From: Salpingoeca rosetta
Lineage: Eukaryota > Protista > Choanoflagellata
Length of the DNA stretch: 64,000 nt
Assembly (NCBI GenBank): GCA_033442325.1
Contig: JAWQFM010000005.1
Coordinates: 1,799,665 to 1,863,664, forward strand
Direction of reading: 5' to 3'
The notes under the pieces were generated by a model. That model was not told the origin of the DNA. It did not search any database and was given only the letters and a program-made list of their open reading frames with translations. Of the stretch, positions 1 through 12,544 are shown piece by piece (within the stretch, counting starts at the first letter, position 1; each line of letters begins with the position of its first letter). A program made the translations under genes and the position numbers.

Positions 1-67
1 GACCACGCACACGTGTGCGTACGCACGAACATGCACACGCGCATACAGACACAAACTACTGACGCAC

Positions 68-246
68 GTTTTTCTGCCTGTTCAAAGTGCTGGAGAGCCT
101 CCTCGTATGTGCTGGTTGGCGGAGTTGCAAACAGGGCGGCTGCCGCCTTGCGCTGGTACCTGTCGGATGCACAACACGACCGCGAGCATGGTGGTGTGCG
201 GTTGACCAAACCTAACCAATCAACAAAAGGGCGATGTCAATGTCAT

Positions 247-288
<42 letters not shown>

Positions 289-744
289 TACAGACAGGTA
301 CACACACACGCACACACATGTACATGTAGTTGTCGCACAGTACAGTACAGCGGGATTACCAAGGCATATCAGCGAAGGTGAAACACCAGACACCGAGCAG
401 ATGGCGTGAGGTCGCATCTTGGGGGTTCAGCTCACACGCACGTTCAAAGTGCGCCTGAAGGGCGGTCATGTTGTGTATTGTGGGGTGTGTGCACATGGGT
501 GAGCGAATGTGTGTGTGTGTGTGTGCACGGAAGCAAAACACACACGCATAGGCGCACATTCGCTCACATTTACTCGCTCACTCGTGCATACTTCACACAA
601 TACACCCTCCACACCGCACACACACACACACCTTGATCTTGTAAGCATCCAGCAGCTGTTGTTTCGAGCCAAGGTATTCACCGGTGGCATTGGTCATGAT
701 TGCCACCCACTACACACACGAACACACACACGAACACACACAAA

Positions 745-798
<54 letters not shown>

Positions 799-799
799 G

Positions 800-834
<35 letters not shown>

Positions 835-2303
835 ACACACACAAAACACACACACACACACACGAACACGAACACACACATACACACCAGTATCAAGCAG
901 TGTCGGGGATTATGGTGAGTGACGCTGACATTAAGGAGAAGCACGCAAAAGCCGAAGCAGAAGCAATCAATCGTTTGATGCCTGCAGATACAACGGTGCA
1001 CTTTGGCTCGGGTGTTCTTCAGAACATGCAACAACGTGCTGGAGCCACAGCTCAACGTGACGACAACAGCGACAATGACATCTGACAACACGTCGACCTT
1101 GTGACTGCCAAACGAGCGGTCGTCCAACTCAACAGCCTCCTTGGCCGCTTCAAAGCCCTGCACAGATGCGCATGGCACGGACATGATCAAGTCGGGGAGG
1201 GGAAGCCACACTCATGTCATAGGCAAAGTGGCCTCGCATCATGAACCATTCATGGGTGCACGTGAACACGCGAGCGCACATGCACGTGTACACCAACACC
1301 AAGACGTGTATGCACGTTTGTGGGTGCAGATGCAAAGGTTTTGTGCAAGCAGCAAGCGCTCGCGCACCACCGCACCTCGAAGATGAGGCGCTTCTTCTCC
1401 TTCTTGTCCGACACCTCTGTGGAATAGTCACGACATGCGCGGGCATAGCGCCAGAGCACCTCTGCGTGGCGCTCGCCTCCATTCTTCAGGTAATCGCCAA
1501 CCATGTCGTAGATGGCCTTTGGGGAGGGGAGGGGGCCGCGGTGTCGCAAGTATACAGACAGCCCATGAGGGGTGTGATGGGGGTGGGTTGTCAAGTGCAA
1601 CATTTGCACGTATGTGCTCACACTCGTGATGTATGTGCTCACACTCGTGATGTATGCGCTCACACAAGTGATGTATGCGCTCACACTCGTGATGTATGCG
1701 CTCACACTCGTGATGCATGCGCTCACACTCGTGATGCATGCGCTCACACTCGTGATGCATGCGCTCACACTCGTGATGCATGCGCTCACACTCGTGATGC
1801 ATGCGCTCACACTCGTGATGCATGCGCTCACACACACTCACACACACAGACACACTCACACACACAGACACTCACACACACAGACACACACACACACACA
1901 CTCACTCACAAGCACACACTCACACACACTCACACACACTCACAAGCAAACAAGCAAACACACACACGCGCACCTTTGGGTTGCTGCCGTACATGTTTTC
2001 TGCTTCCTGCGCAACGGCAAGTGGCGTCTGCTGTTCAGCAGCAGCGCTCACCACCACAAGCGGTGACGCTCCAACAAGCACGTTGTCGTTGGAATTGGAT
2101 GCAGCAGCAGCAGCAGCAGCAGCAAGTGCCACGGCGGCGCCAGTGGCGACCACACCACCCATGCTCGCTGCAGCACGACGCCATCCCGTGTTCACGCGAG
2201 CTGTGCTTGCGAACCGCGCCAACCCCATCCCCATCCTCATCCTCATCACAGCACCACCACCACAGGCACGGCGCACTCCAATGCGCAGCAGCGTCATCAT
2301 CAT
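68..2303 (-). CDS. RMDN1: Regulator of microtubule dynamics (RMDN/FAM82 family) TPR protein; multi-exon, 3' end beyond the left edge of the window
   Basis: Exons ~2303-1974, 1516-1376, 1157-1098, 709-632, 454-360 and 159-68 join at GT-AG sites. They give ...AEVLWRYARAC...GFEAAKEAVELDDRSFGSHK|WVAIMTNATGEYLGSKQQLLDAYKIK|AHFERACELNPQDATSRHLLGVWCFTFADMPW|YQRKAAAALFATPPTSTYEEALQHFEQAE, matching RMDN1 motifs (HFEKAIELNPKDATS, WCYTFAEMPWYQR, FATPPSSTYE). The Arg-rich N-terminus looks like a mitochondrial presequence. Confidence 0.88.
1608..1830. repeat. 21-bp tandem minisatellite (~10 copies; unit GCTCACACTCGTGATGCATGC) in RMDN intron 1
   Basis: TCACAC recurs at 1681, 1702, 1723 etc. (period 21). 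Confidence 0.9.
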
Positions 2304-2771
2304 TGCTTTTGCTTTGGGCGAACTCCACTGGCGGATATGAGCTGCCGAAAGTTGGCGGCCACGTTCCTGATCTTCCACTTGGTGGTGTTTGTTTGTGTTT
2401 GACGACGTGCAATGCTTGCGATCTCAACACGAGCAAAGCAGTCAGTGAACAAAACAGAGGGTGAAGCAGGCATGCAAGCCACCACCTCATGCACATGCAC
2501 GCATGCACGCATGCACGCGAGTGGGAAGCAAGTAAACGGCGGGGTTAGGGGGATAGAGAACAGCAAAGAACGTAGGAAGGCAGACAGACACAAACACACA
2601 AACACACACGAGAAGAAAAGCATGGTAACACCACATCATCACACCACACGATCAAAATTATGCGATTGCCACACCATCAACCACACGCACACGATCAAAA
2701 CCACAAGGTCCGCGCACATACACACAGCAAGGTCGACAGAGAGCACGGATCGCAAACGGCAGGGAGAGCGA

Positions 2772-3785
2772 TTACACGGTGGTGAAGCGCACGCCAATGT
2801 TGCGGCAGGTCTTGGCGAGCTGATCAATAATGACGGAGGCGTCCTTGGCAGGCAGGCGGCCGCCCCAGCCCTCGTGGTCCCGCAGGTCGTGGTCGCTCTT
2901 GCGGTAGCGCAGGCTCTTGACAATCTTGCGGAACTGGCCGTTGACGTACTTGCGGAGCCCATCCGGCGAGTTGCAGAACATGACGCGATCGCCGTCATTG
3001 TCCACATACGCCACAGCCTCGTAGGAGCGGAAGCGCACGCCGTGCTCGGCGCACATGAGGCGCAGGTCATTGATCACGCGGGAGCGGTCCTTGGCGGCAA
3101 TCTTGCCGCCCCAGCCGTCTTGGTCACGCAGGTCGCCATCGATGGGGCGGTAGTCGAAGCGCGTCACCGCCTTGCGGAACTGCTTGTTCACAAACTTGCT
3201 CAGGCCAGATGGGGTCACCTGGAACGCGATGGCATCGCCGTCGTGGTCGACGAAGCTCGTCTCACGAGGAACCACCTTGGCGGCCTCGTGCTGAGCAGGC
3301 GTCGGGGCCGACCCGGTCTTGGGCTTCACGCCGAGCTTGTCGAGCTTTTCCACGAGCTCCTCCAGGTTGTCGCGCATGTGGCGGTCCGAGGTCATGCGCA
3401 CGTACAGGTGGGAGCCGAGCTCCATGCCGAGCGGGCCCTCCCACTTGCGGGTGTCGAGGGCAGCATCCTCCATGACGATGGGGATCATGCGGGTGGTAGT
3501 GCGGCGCATGACGGCGTAGTTGAACTCCTTCTTGCAGTTGTCATCGTGTTCTGCGTTGACCTTGGAGATGTAGCGCTTGGTCACAAACACAAGCACGACC
3601 TGGGACCCATCAATGCCCTTGCACATCTGCTGCACGATGTGGCCTGACATCCGCTCCTCGTCAAACCAGGTGTTGAACCCATACGCCTTGAGCATCGTGT
3701 TCACCATGGCCACGCGATCGTGGTTGTTGCGGCCCTCGCCGTCAACGCCCCAGTCGTGCGTCAGGAACACGTCAAACTCAGACAT
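2772..3785 (-). CDS. Intronless TIR-domain (TIR_2-type) protein with two C-terminal 75-aa tandem repeats, ~337 aa
   Basis: MSEFDVFLTHDWG...GFNTWFDEERMSGHIVQQMCKGIDGSQVVLVFVTKRY...NCKKEFNYA...MIPIVME follows the TIR beta-A (FDVFLSH), WxD, beta-C (VVLVFVT) and CxxE pattern. Strong GC3 coding bias. Confidence 0.88.
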   Translation of the reverse strand: MSEFDVFLTHDWGVDGEGRNNHDRVAMVNTMLKAYGFNTWFDEERMSGHIVQQMCKGIDGSQVVLVFVTKRYISKVNAEHDDNCKKEFNYAVMRRTTTRMIPIVMEDAALDTRKWEGPLGMELGSHLYVRMTSDRHMRDNLEELVEKLDKLGVKPKTGSAPTPAQHEAAKVVPRETSFVDHDGDAIAFQVTPSGLSKFVNKQFRKAVTRFDYRPIDGDLRDQDGWGGKIAAKDRSRVINDLRLMCAEHGVRFRSYEAVAYVDNDGDRVMFCNSPDGLRKYVNGQFRKIVKSLRYRKSDHDLRDHEGWGGRLPAKDASVIIDQLAKTCRNIGVRFTTV

Positions 3786-3984
3786 CGTGTGCGTGCGTGT
3801 GTGTATGGAGTGGGGGGGGGGGAGGGGCGCGTTGGTGTGTTTTGGCGATAGGTTGGGAAGCAAGCAAAATAAAATGAAGCGCGTTTTGCACAACAGCAAA
3901 TAAAACTGTATGTTGGAGTGGTTGTGGTTGGATTGTGTTGAATTGTTTTGGTTTACTTGTCAGAGAACCCGAGAACACAACAGC

Positions 3985-4250
3985 GAGAGAGACGGGGGCA
4001 GAGAGACAGAGAGACAGAGAGAGACAGAGAGAGACAGAGAGACAGAGAGACAGACAGAGAGACAGAGAGACAGAGACAGAGAGACAGAGAGACAGAGAGA
4101 CAGAGAGAGACAGAGAGACAGAGAGACAGAGAGACAGAGAGACAGAGAGACAGAGAGAGACAGAGAGACAGAGAGACAGAGAGACAGAGAGACAGAGAGA
4201 GAGAGACAGAGAGACAGAGAGACAGAGAGACAGAGAGACAGACAGAGAGA
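3985..4250. repeat. (GAGACAGA)n / AG-rich microsatellite between the TIR gene and the RPB3 3' end
   Basis: Direct reading. Confidence 0.9.
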
Positions 4251-4357
4251 CGGCAAAGCGGCAGAGCGGCACATTTGCACACAACGTACACGCTCACTCA
4301 CCCACTCGCTCACAAGCATCCCCTTCAAACACCTACTACACACATGGCGTGCAATCA

Positions 4358-6792
<2,435 letters not shown>

Positions 6793-7042
6793 GCTCCTTC
6801 GTACCGCGTCACCTCACCAAACACTCCTCCTCCCCTTTACTTGAACCCAGGCAAGGCAAGCAACCTACAGCACACACACACACACACAGCACACACACAC
6901 ACACACAACCTCAAGCACGCACGACAAACAACAACGACAAGAAGCAGGTTCAACGCGCGCGAGTGGAGCGGGTGCGCAGTCGTCTGTATGGTTATGGAAG
7001 ATTCGATGATATTTTCCAACAACAATCGGCGGGCTGCGGAGG

Positions 7043-8206
7043 ATGCTGAGGCTGCTGCTGTGCTTGTGTCGCGTTGGTGTTGGTAGTGCGAGACTGCGTG
7101 CATTGGGGTGCAACACCAGCATCATGGCTGCGAAGCGGAGCGCAAGTCAGATTGCCTGTGACGGCACACGGCAGGCGCATGTTACATCGCCCATGCCACA
7201 TGCTGCTTTGTACGTGGGCGATGAGGCGTCGGACATTGGGGAAAGCGTGGCGAAGATCGCCTGCGTGTCACACAGCCCACCAACAACACCAACAACACCA
7301 ACAACGCCAGCAGCAACCACACGAGCCACAGCCGCAACACCAGCGGTCACAGCAACGCACACAGTAGTAGCAGCGCCCACGCCAGACACAACACACACGC
7401 CGTCCCACTGCTCAACATCATCGACAGAATTAACACGTTGTGCCAGGAACAACAGCGCCAGTAACGCTCTCCCAACCTCAAAGAGAGCACTCTCAACAAC
7501 CCGGGCTGCAAGGAAAGCCAAAGCCCCAGCGCACCCTGTTCCAAGCGTCATGGTCTGGGTTGGGCTAGGAAACCCCGGCAGTGCATACAAGCACACGCGG
7601 CACAACCTCGGCTTTATGGCTCTGGACGCTGTGGCTGCTGCAAAGTCGCTCACATGGACCAAGGACCGCAAGTGCAAGGCCATGACGTGCTCCTTCGAGA
7701 CGGGCGGCGTCAAAGTGCACATGCTCAAGCCCCTCACTTATATGAACCTGAGCGGGGACGCGGTACGCAGCTTCCTCCGCTACGCCAAGCCACTCGCCAA
7801 TGCGGAAACCGCACAGTCCAAGACGGGCGGTGGTGGCAGTGCAGCGGCAGCCCGGTGTGTGCTGGCCGTGTGCGATGACCTTGACCAGCCGCTCGGGAGA
7901 ATGAAGCTGAAGTTGAAGGGGTCCGCCGGCGGCCACAACGGGCTCAGGTCCATTGAGCAGCGGCTGGCATCGCAGGAGTACATGCGGCTGCGGCTTGGGA
8001 TTGGGCCGATGGCTGGGCGAACCACCACGGCCAAGCGCGCTGTGCAGGACTTTGTGCTCACGCACTTTGCGTCGGATGAGCAGGACGCGCTGGAGCGTGT
8101 GGTGGCGCATGCGCGCGATGCGTTGCTGCTGCTCACGCGTGAGAACAACTTGGACAAGTGTATGACTGCCATCAATGACAAAGCGAGCCCCTTCCAAGTG
8201 ACGTGA
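7043..8206 (+). CDS. PTH1: Peptidyl-tRNA hydrolase (bacterial-type Pth1), probably mitochondrial; intronless
   Basis: VGLGNPGSAYKHTRHNLGFMALD, KPLTYMNLSG, DDLDQPLGRMKLKLKGSAGGHNGLRSI, RLRLGIG and DFVL are all Pth motifs. The N-terminus is Arg/Leu-rich and presequence-like, followed by a Thr/Pro-rich linker. Confidence 0.93.
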   Translation: MLRLLLCLCRVGVGSARLRALGCNTSIMAAKRSASQIACDGTRQAHVTSPMPHAALYVGDEASDIGESVAKIACVSHSPPTTPTTPTTPAATTRATAATPAVTATHTVVAAPTPDTTHTPSHCSTSSTELTRCARNNSASNALPTSKRALSTTRAARKAKAPAHPVPSVMVWVGLGNPGSAYKHTRHNLGFMALDAVAAAKSLTWTKDRKCKAMTCSFETGGVKVHMLKPLTYMNLSGDAVRSFLRYAKPLANAETAQSKTGGGGSAAAARCVLAVCDDLDQPLGRMKLKLKGSAGGHNGLRSIEQRLASQEYMRLRLGIGPMAGRTTTAKRAVQDFVLTHFASDEQDALERVVAHARDALLLLTRENNLDKCMTAINDKASPFQVT

Positions 8207-8234
8207 TCTCACCGTCGTCCTCCCAATCACCCGC

Positions 8235-8269
<35 letters not shown>

Positions 8270-8470
8270 CTGTCTGTCTGTCTGTGTGTGTGTGTTTGAA
8301 TTGAAAGTTGCCAAGGCTTTGTGTATTGGTGGTGTGTATTGTGGTAGGCTTTGATATTAAGACGTCCAAATTAATTAGCAGGTCGGTTATGTGCCCGTTA
8401 AAAAAAAACACAATCGTCACTGCTCTCTCCAACCCTCAAAGTGAAGTGCTTCATCACAACCACTATTAAC

Positions 8471-8812
8471 CACCATCAGTCACACTCACCAACGACCACC
8501 ATAAGTCACACTCACCAACGACCACCATCAGTCACACTCACCAACGACCACCATCAGTCACAACCACCAACGACCACCATCAGTCACAACCGCCAACGAC
8601 CACCATCAGTCACAACCGCCAACGACCACCATCAGTCACAACCACCAACGACCACCATCAGTCACAACCGCCAACGACCACCATCAGTCACAACCGCCAA
8701 CGACCACCATCAGTCACAACCACCAACGACCACCATCAGTCACAACCACCAACAACCACCATCAGTCACAACCACCAACGACCACCATCAGTCACAACCG
8801 CCAACGACCACA
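8471..8812. repeat. 26-bp tandem minisatellite (~13 copies; CACCATCAGTCACAACCRCCAACGAC)
   Basis: CCATCAGT recurs at 8655, 8681 and 8707 (period 26). It lies between convergent PTH and RING genes. Confidence 0.9.
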
Positions 8813-8882
8813 ATCAACCTATCAACCACCACAAACCACTGCCGTAAACTGCTACAACAGCACCCTCCTCCCTTTCCCATTC

Positions 8883-10460
8883 TCACTTCTCTGCCGTATG
8901 GATGCAGCCAGCAATGGCACGACGACAAGCGGGACATGACTTGCCAGCAGTTGTGGTCGCGTCATGTGCGCATTCCGCACAGCACACCTGGTGGCGGCAC
9001 GGAAGGAAGATGACAGTTGCAGGTGCACCCCAACAGATGAGGCAGCTGCCTTCGCGGGTCTGATCAATGGCTGCGTGCACAGCACGCACACGGTTCTCTT
9101 CATCAACAAGCACGGCATCCACCACGCGCAACTTCCTCTCCACCGCATCGATCTGTGGCTCTTCATCCTCCCCGTCTCCTTCTTCCTCTCCTAAATCGTC
9201 CTGCTGTGCTGGTGTGGATGGGGAACTTGGCTGCGTGTGACTGACTGCCTCCAGCGTGCACACAAACGGCACAACACCGCATGCCGACCCTTGCCCTGCC
9301 GACTCATCCACGGCATCAGTGGTGCTGATGGCGCTTCTGCATTGACTGCCATCTCTGCTGTCGTTGCTGCGTGCAAGTTGGTTTCCATCACCACCACCAC
9401 CACCACCACCACCACCACCACCACCGCGAATTCCAACTTCCCCCTCCACGTCCTCTCCTTCATCATGGCTGCTGCTTGTTGAGGCCCTGTCGTCATCCGT
9501 GCTGCTGTCCGTTTCACTGCCCGTACTCTTCTCTTTCGCGCCTGAGCTGATGACGCAGGTGTATGTCTCCGTTGGGGCCTCCACATTGTCTACAAACTGT
9601 AGGGAGAAGCGATGCTGGTTCGTGGGCGACTGAGGCAATGACGTCGCACTGCCATCGTCTGCCTCGTTTGTCGCACTGCCAACACTGGCAACGTAGTGCT
9701 GTGAAATCCGGGCGTAGCCTGCAGGTGGTGAGCCCATGTTGAGCACTGGCAGGAGCTGTGGTTGCACTGGCTGCTGAGGCTGCCCTTGCTTTTCATGCTG
9801 CCCTTGTGAGTGCTGGCCATGTTCGGCGGCACGCAAAAAGGCCACAGCCTGGCGAGGATCAACACGACCACGCAGAACACAAATGACAGTGTTTGGGCGT
9901 GCACAGCCCTGGAGATGCAGGTGTTTGCGTCCTGTTGAAGATGAGGTGCAGATTGACGCGCCGTCCACGATGCCAGCGAGCAGCACGTCTGAGGCCACGG
10001 TGGTTGTGTTGGTTGACCAGTCTCCTCGAGCACGACTGGCAGCCAGTTCGTCAAGAGCGCGTGCATTGTGCTGAGCAGCACGCTCCCGCGCCGCTGCGAT
10101 CGCTGTGCCCACTCGGTTGTGCCTGCCAAAGAGGAAGGCTGCTACTCGCTGCTGAAGCGGCAAGTGCTGTTGCCGAGGTGTTCCATCGCCTACGACTTGC
10201 GCCTCTCCACGCAGCAGTTGTCCCTGCTGTCTACCAAACACAGCCCACCACCACGCGGCAGCAACGCACACGACCATGGCCGCAATCCACGTCCAAGCCA
10301 CGCCACCTGGAGCATCCTGCTTCGGCTCGTGCTGCTGCTCCTGCTGCAGTTGGTGTTGGTGTTGCTGATGATGCCGCCACACAAAACCATCCCTGCCCAG
10401 CATGATCGCAGCCCCCAACACAGCCACAGCCGCAGCAAGCAGCAACGTCCTCGTCATCAT
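8883..10460 (-). CDS. Membrane-anchored RING-HC (C3HC4_3/IAP-type) E3 ubiquitin ligase-like protein; intronless
   Basis: Two N-terminal hydrophobic segments (LLLAAAVAVLGAAIML; VAWTWIAAMVVCVAAAWWWAVF). C-terminal CLICWGAPATVIFLPCRHQVCCAECA...CPACRRAI RING preceded by a short coiled coil. Confidence 0.82.
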   Translation of the reverse strand: MMTRTLLLAAAVAVLGAAIMLGRDGFVWRHHQQHQHQLQQEQQHEPKQDAPGGVAWTWIAAMVVCVAAAWWWAVFGRQQGQLLRGEAQVVGDGTPRQQHLPLQQRVAAFLFGRHNRVGTAIAAARERAAQHNARALDELAASRARGDWSTNTTTVASDVLLAGIVDGASICTSSSTGRKHLHLQGCARPNTVICVLRGRVDPRQAVAFLRAAEHGQHSQGQHEKQGQPQQPVQPQLLPVLNMGSPPAGYARISQHYVASVGSATNEADDGSATSLPQSPTNQHRFSLQFVDNVEAPTETYTCVISSGAKEKSTGSETDSSTDDDRASTSSSHDEGEDVEGEVGIRGGGGGGGGGGGGDGNQLARSNDSRDGSQCRSAISTTDAVDESAGQGSACGVVPFVCTLEAVSHTQPSSPSTPAQQDDLGEEEGDGEDEEPQIDAVERKLRVVDAVLVDEENRVRAVHAAIDQTREGSCLICWGAPATVIFLPCRHQVCCAECAHDATTTAGKSCPACRRAIAGCIHTAEK

Positions 10461-10478
10461 TTTGCCGATGATCTGCGA

Positions 10479-12499
10479 ATGATATCCCCAATGTTTCAGG
10501 AAGCGGAAGAGCGAGTGCGGGCGTTGGTGCGGGAGGAGGTGGATGGCCTGCGCCGCGAGTTTGATGTGTTGCGCAGGGAGTGCGAGCAGTTCACGCAGGA
10601 GTGCAGACGAGAGCTACAGGAACAGCGGCGCTGGCTTACAGACGCACTCGCTAGAGTCGAAGATCGCCTGCTTCAAGGTGCCCAGCATCACCCAGGGCAA
10701 CACGGGCGCCAACAGCAGCGACCACTCAACGCAACAACCAGCGATGCAAGCGCCGACCGAGGACAACCGCAGTCATTCCCAGCATCATCATCATCGTCCT
10801 CATCAGCAGGAAACGTGAAGCTACCAGCATCGTCGGTGCGCAGATCGCTTAAAACACGCGACGCCACTCACCACCAGCAGCACCAGCAGCACCAGCATCA
10901 AGAGACTGCGAACACCGACGTCGATGCTGATGAGGATGGCATCGTCCCGAGCACTGCTGTTGTTACGCTGAACGTGGGCGGATCTCTGTTTTCCACACTG
11001 GCGTCCACGCTGAGGAGAGTGCCAGACAGCTTCTTTGACATCATGCTCAGCGGCCGGCATCCGGTGGCGCGGGATGAGGCCGGCCACATCTTCATTGACC
11101 GCAACAGCGTGCACTTCCCCGTCATCCTGGACTGGCTGCGGGACCCAGGCTCGCCACAAGCGCTTCCATTCAACGACGCGGAGTTCTTGCATGAGCTGGA
11201 GTACTATGGGCTCGCAGATGCCGTCCTCGGCGACTGGACCACATCTGAGCCAGACCTCACAGCCGTCACGGGTGGTGAGCAAAGGAAGGAAGAATAGGGG
11301 GGGGGTTACAGATTTTGTTCAACGTCCACAAGAAGTATGCACATGTGCACATCCGCACGTATGCATGTGTGCACGCACCACTTGTGTTGCTGGGCTGGCA
11401 TCTCTACTGTATACACATTGCTACATGTGTTGCTGCATGTGAGTTGCATGTGGACATCGCAGCGTCACTCACAAGCATACACACGCGCACATGTACATAT
11501 GTCCAACACATACACACACATGTGCAAACGCATACACGTGCTTGTCCGACGTTGCTGCTGCTGCTGCTGCACATCGCCCATATGCACCAATGGCGCATCT
11601 TCACGACAGGCGTGTATGCGATTGGCTCCGAGTCGCCCAACGAGCGCTACGACATGGACCGCAACATCTGGTATCCCGTGGCCGATCTGCTGCAGCCGCG
11701 TACGGACTGCAAGTACACGTGGTTCAACAACCGCCTCTATGCCATTGGCGGCCGCGATCGCCAGCGCGTGTATGCCGCCGTCGAGCGCTTTGACCCGCGC
11801 AAGAACAACTGGTGCGGTGAATGTGCGTGCGTGTGTGTGTGTGTGTTCATGTGAGCTTGCACATGAATGTGCACTTGCGAGTGTACATGCATACATGCGT
11901 GTGTGTGTGTTCATGTGAGCTTGTACATGAATGTGCCCTTGCAAGTGTACATGCATACATGCATACATGCGTGTGTGTGTGTACACTCACCAACGCTCAC
12001 ATTCACCCCCAACACGCACACGCACATTCACTCCCTTGCACACAAACAAACACATGACCACAACACCAGGGTGCCTGTGCCCGACATGCACCATGCACGC
12101 CGCAGCGTGGCGTGCGCCATCCTGCACGGGCAGCTCTACGTTATTGGCGGCCTTGACCACGACGGGCGCTGCCTTGCGTTTGCAGAGCGGTACGACCCGG
12201 ACACGCGCACGTGGGAGGAACTGCCTCCGCTGCAGCAGTGCGCCGGCCCCGTTGCATGCGTGGTCGTGCGCGGGCGGCTGTATGTGTTTGGTGGGAGCGA
12301 GATGCTGGCGGACCCGCGGAGCTACGTGCCAGTCAACGCGGTGGAAATGTATGATGAGGAGCACCGCACGTGGGTTGCGCGGGCACCCATGCCGCAGCCC
12401 CGGTATGAGCTGCACGCTGCTGTTGTCCGCACGGAGGTGGTCATTGTCGGCGGCCTCGCATCCAGCTCAACGGCTTCCGCCCTCTCGCGCGTGAGTGAT

Positions 12500-12544
<45 letters not shown>

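Noticed and set aside
888-920. Plus-strand micro-exon-like CAG|...SSVGDY|GTGAGT resembling RMDN1 'SDVGDY' on the opposite strand (possible trans-splicing)
   Set aside because: The equivalent segment is already supplied by a normal minus-strand exon (709-632, WVAIMTNATGEYLG), so the match is most likely coincidental.
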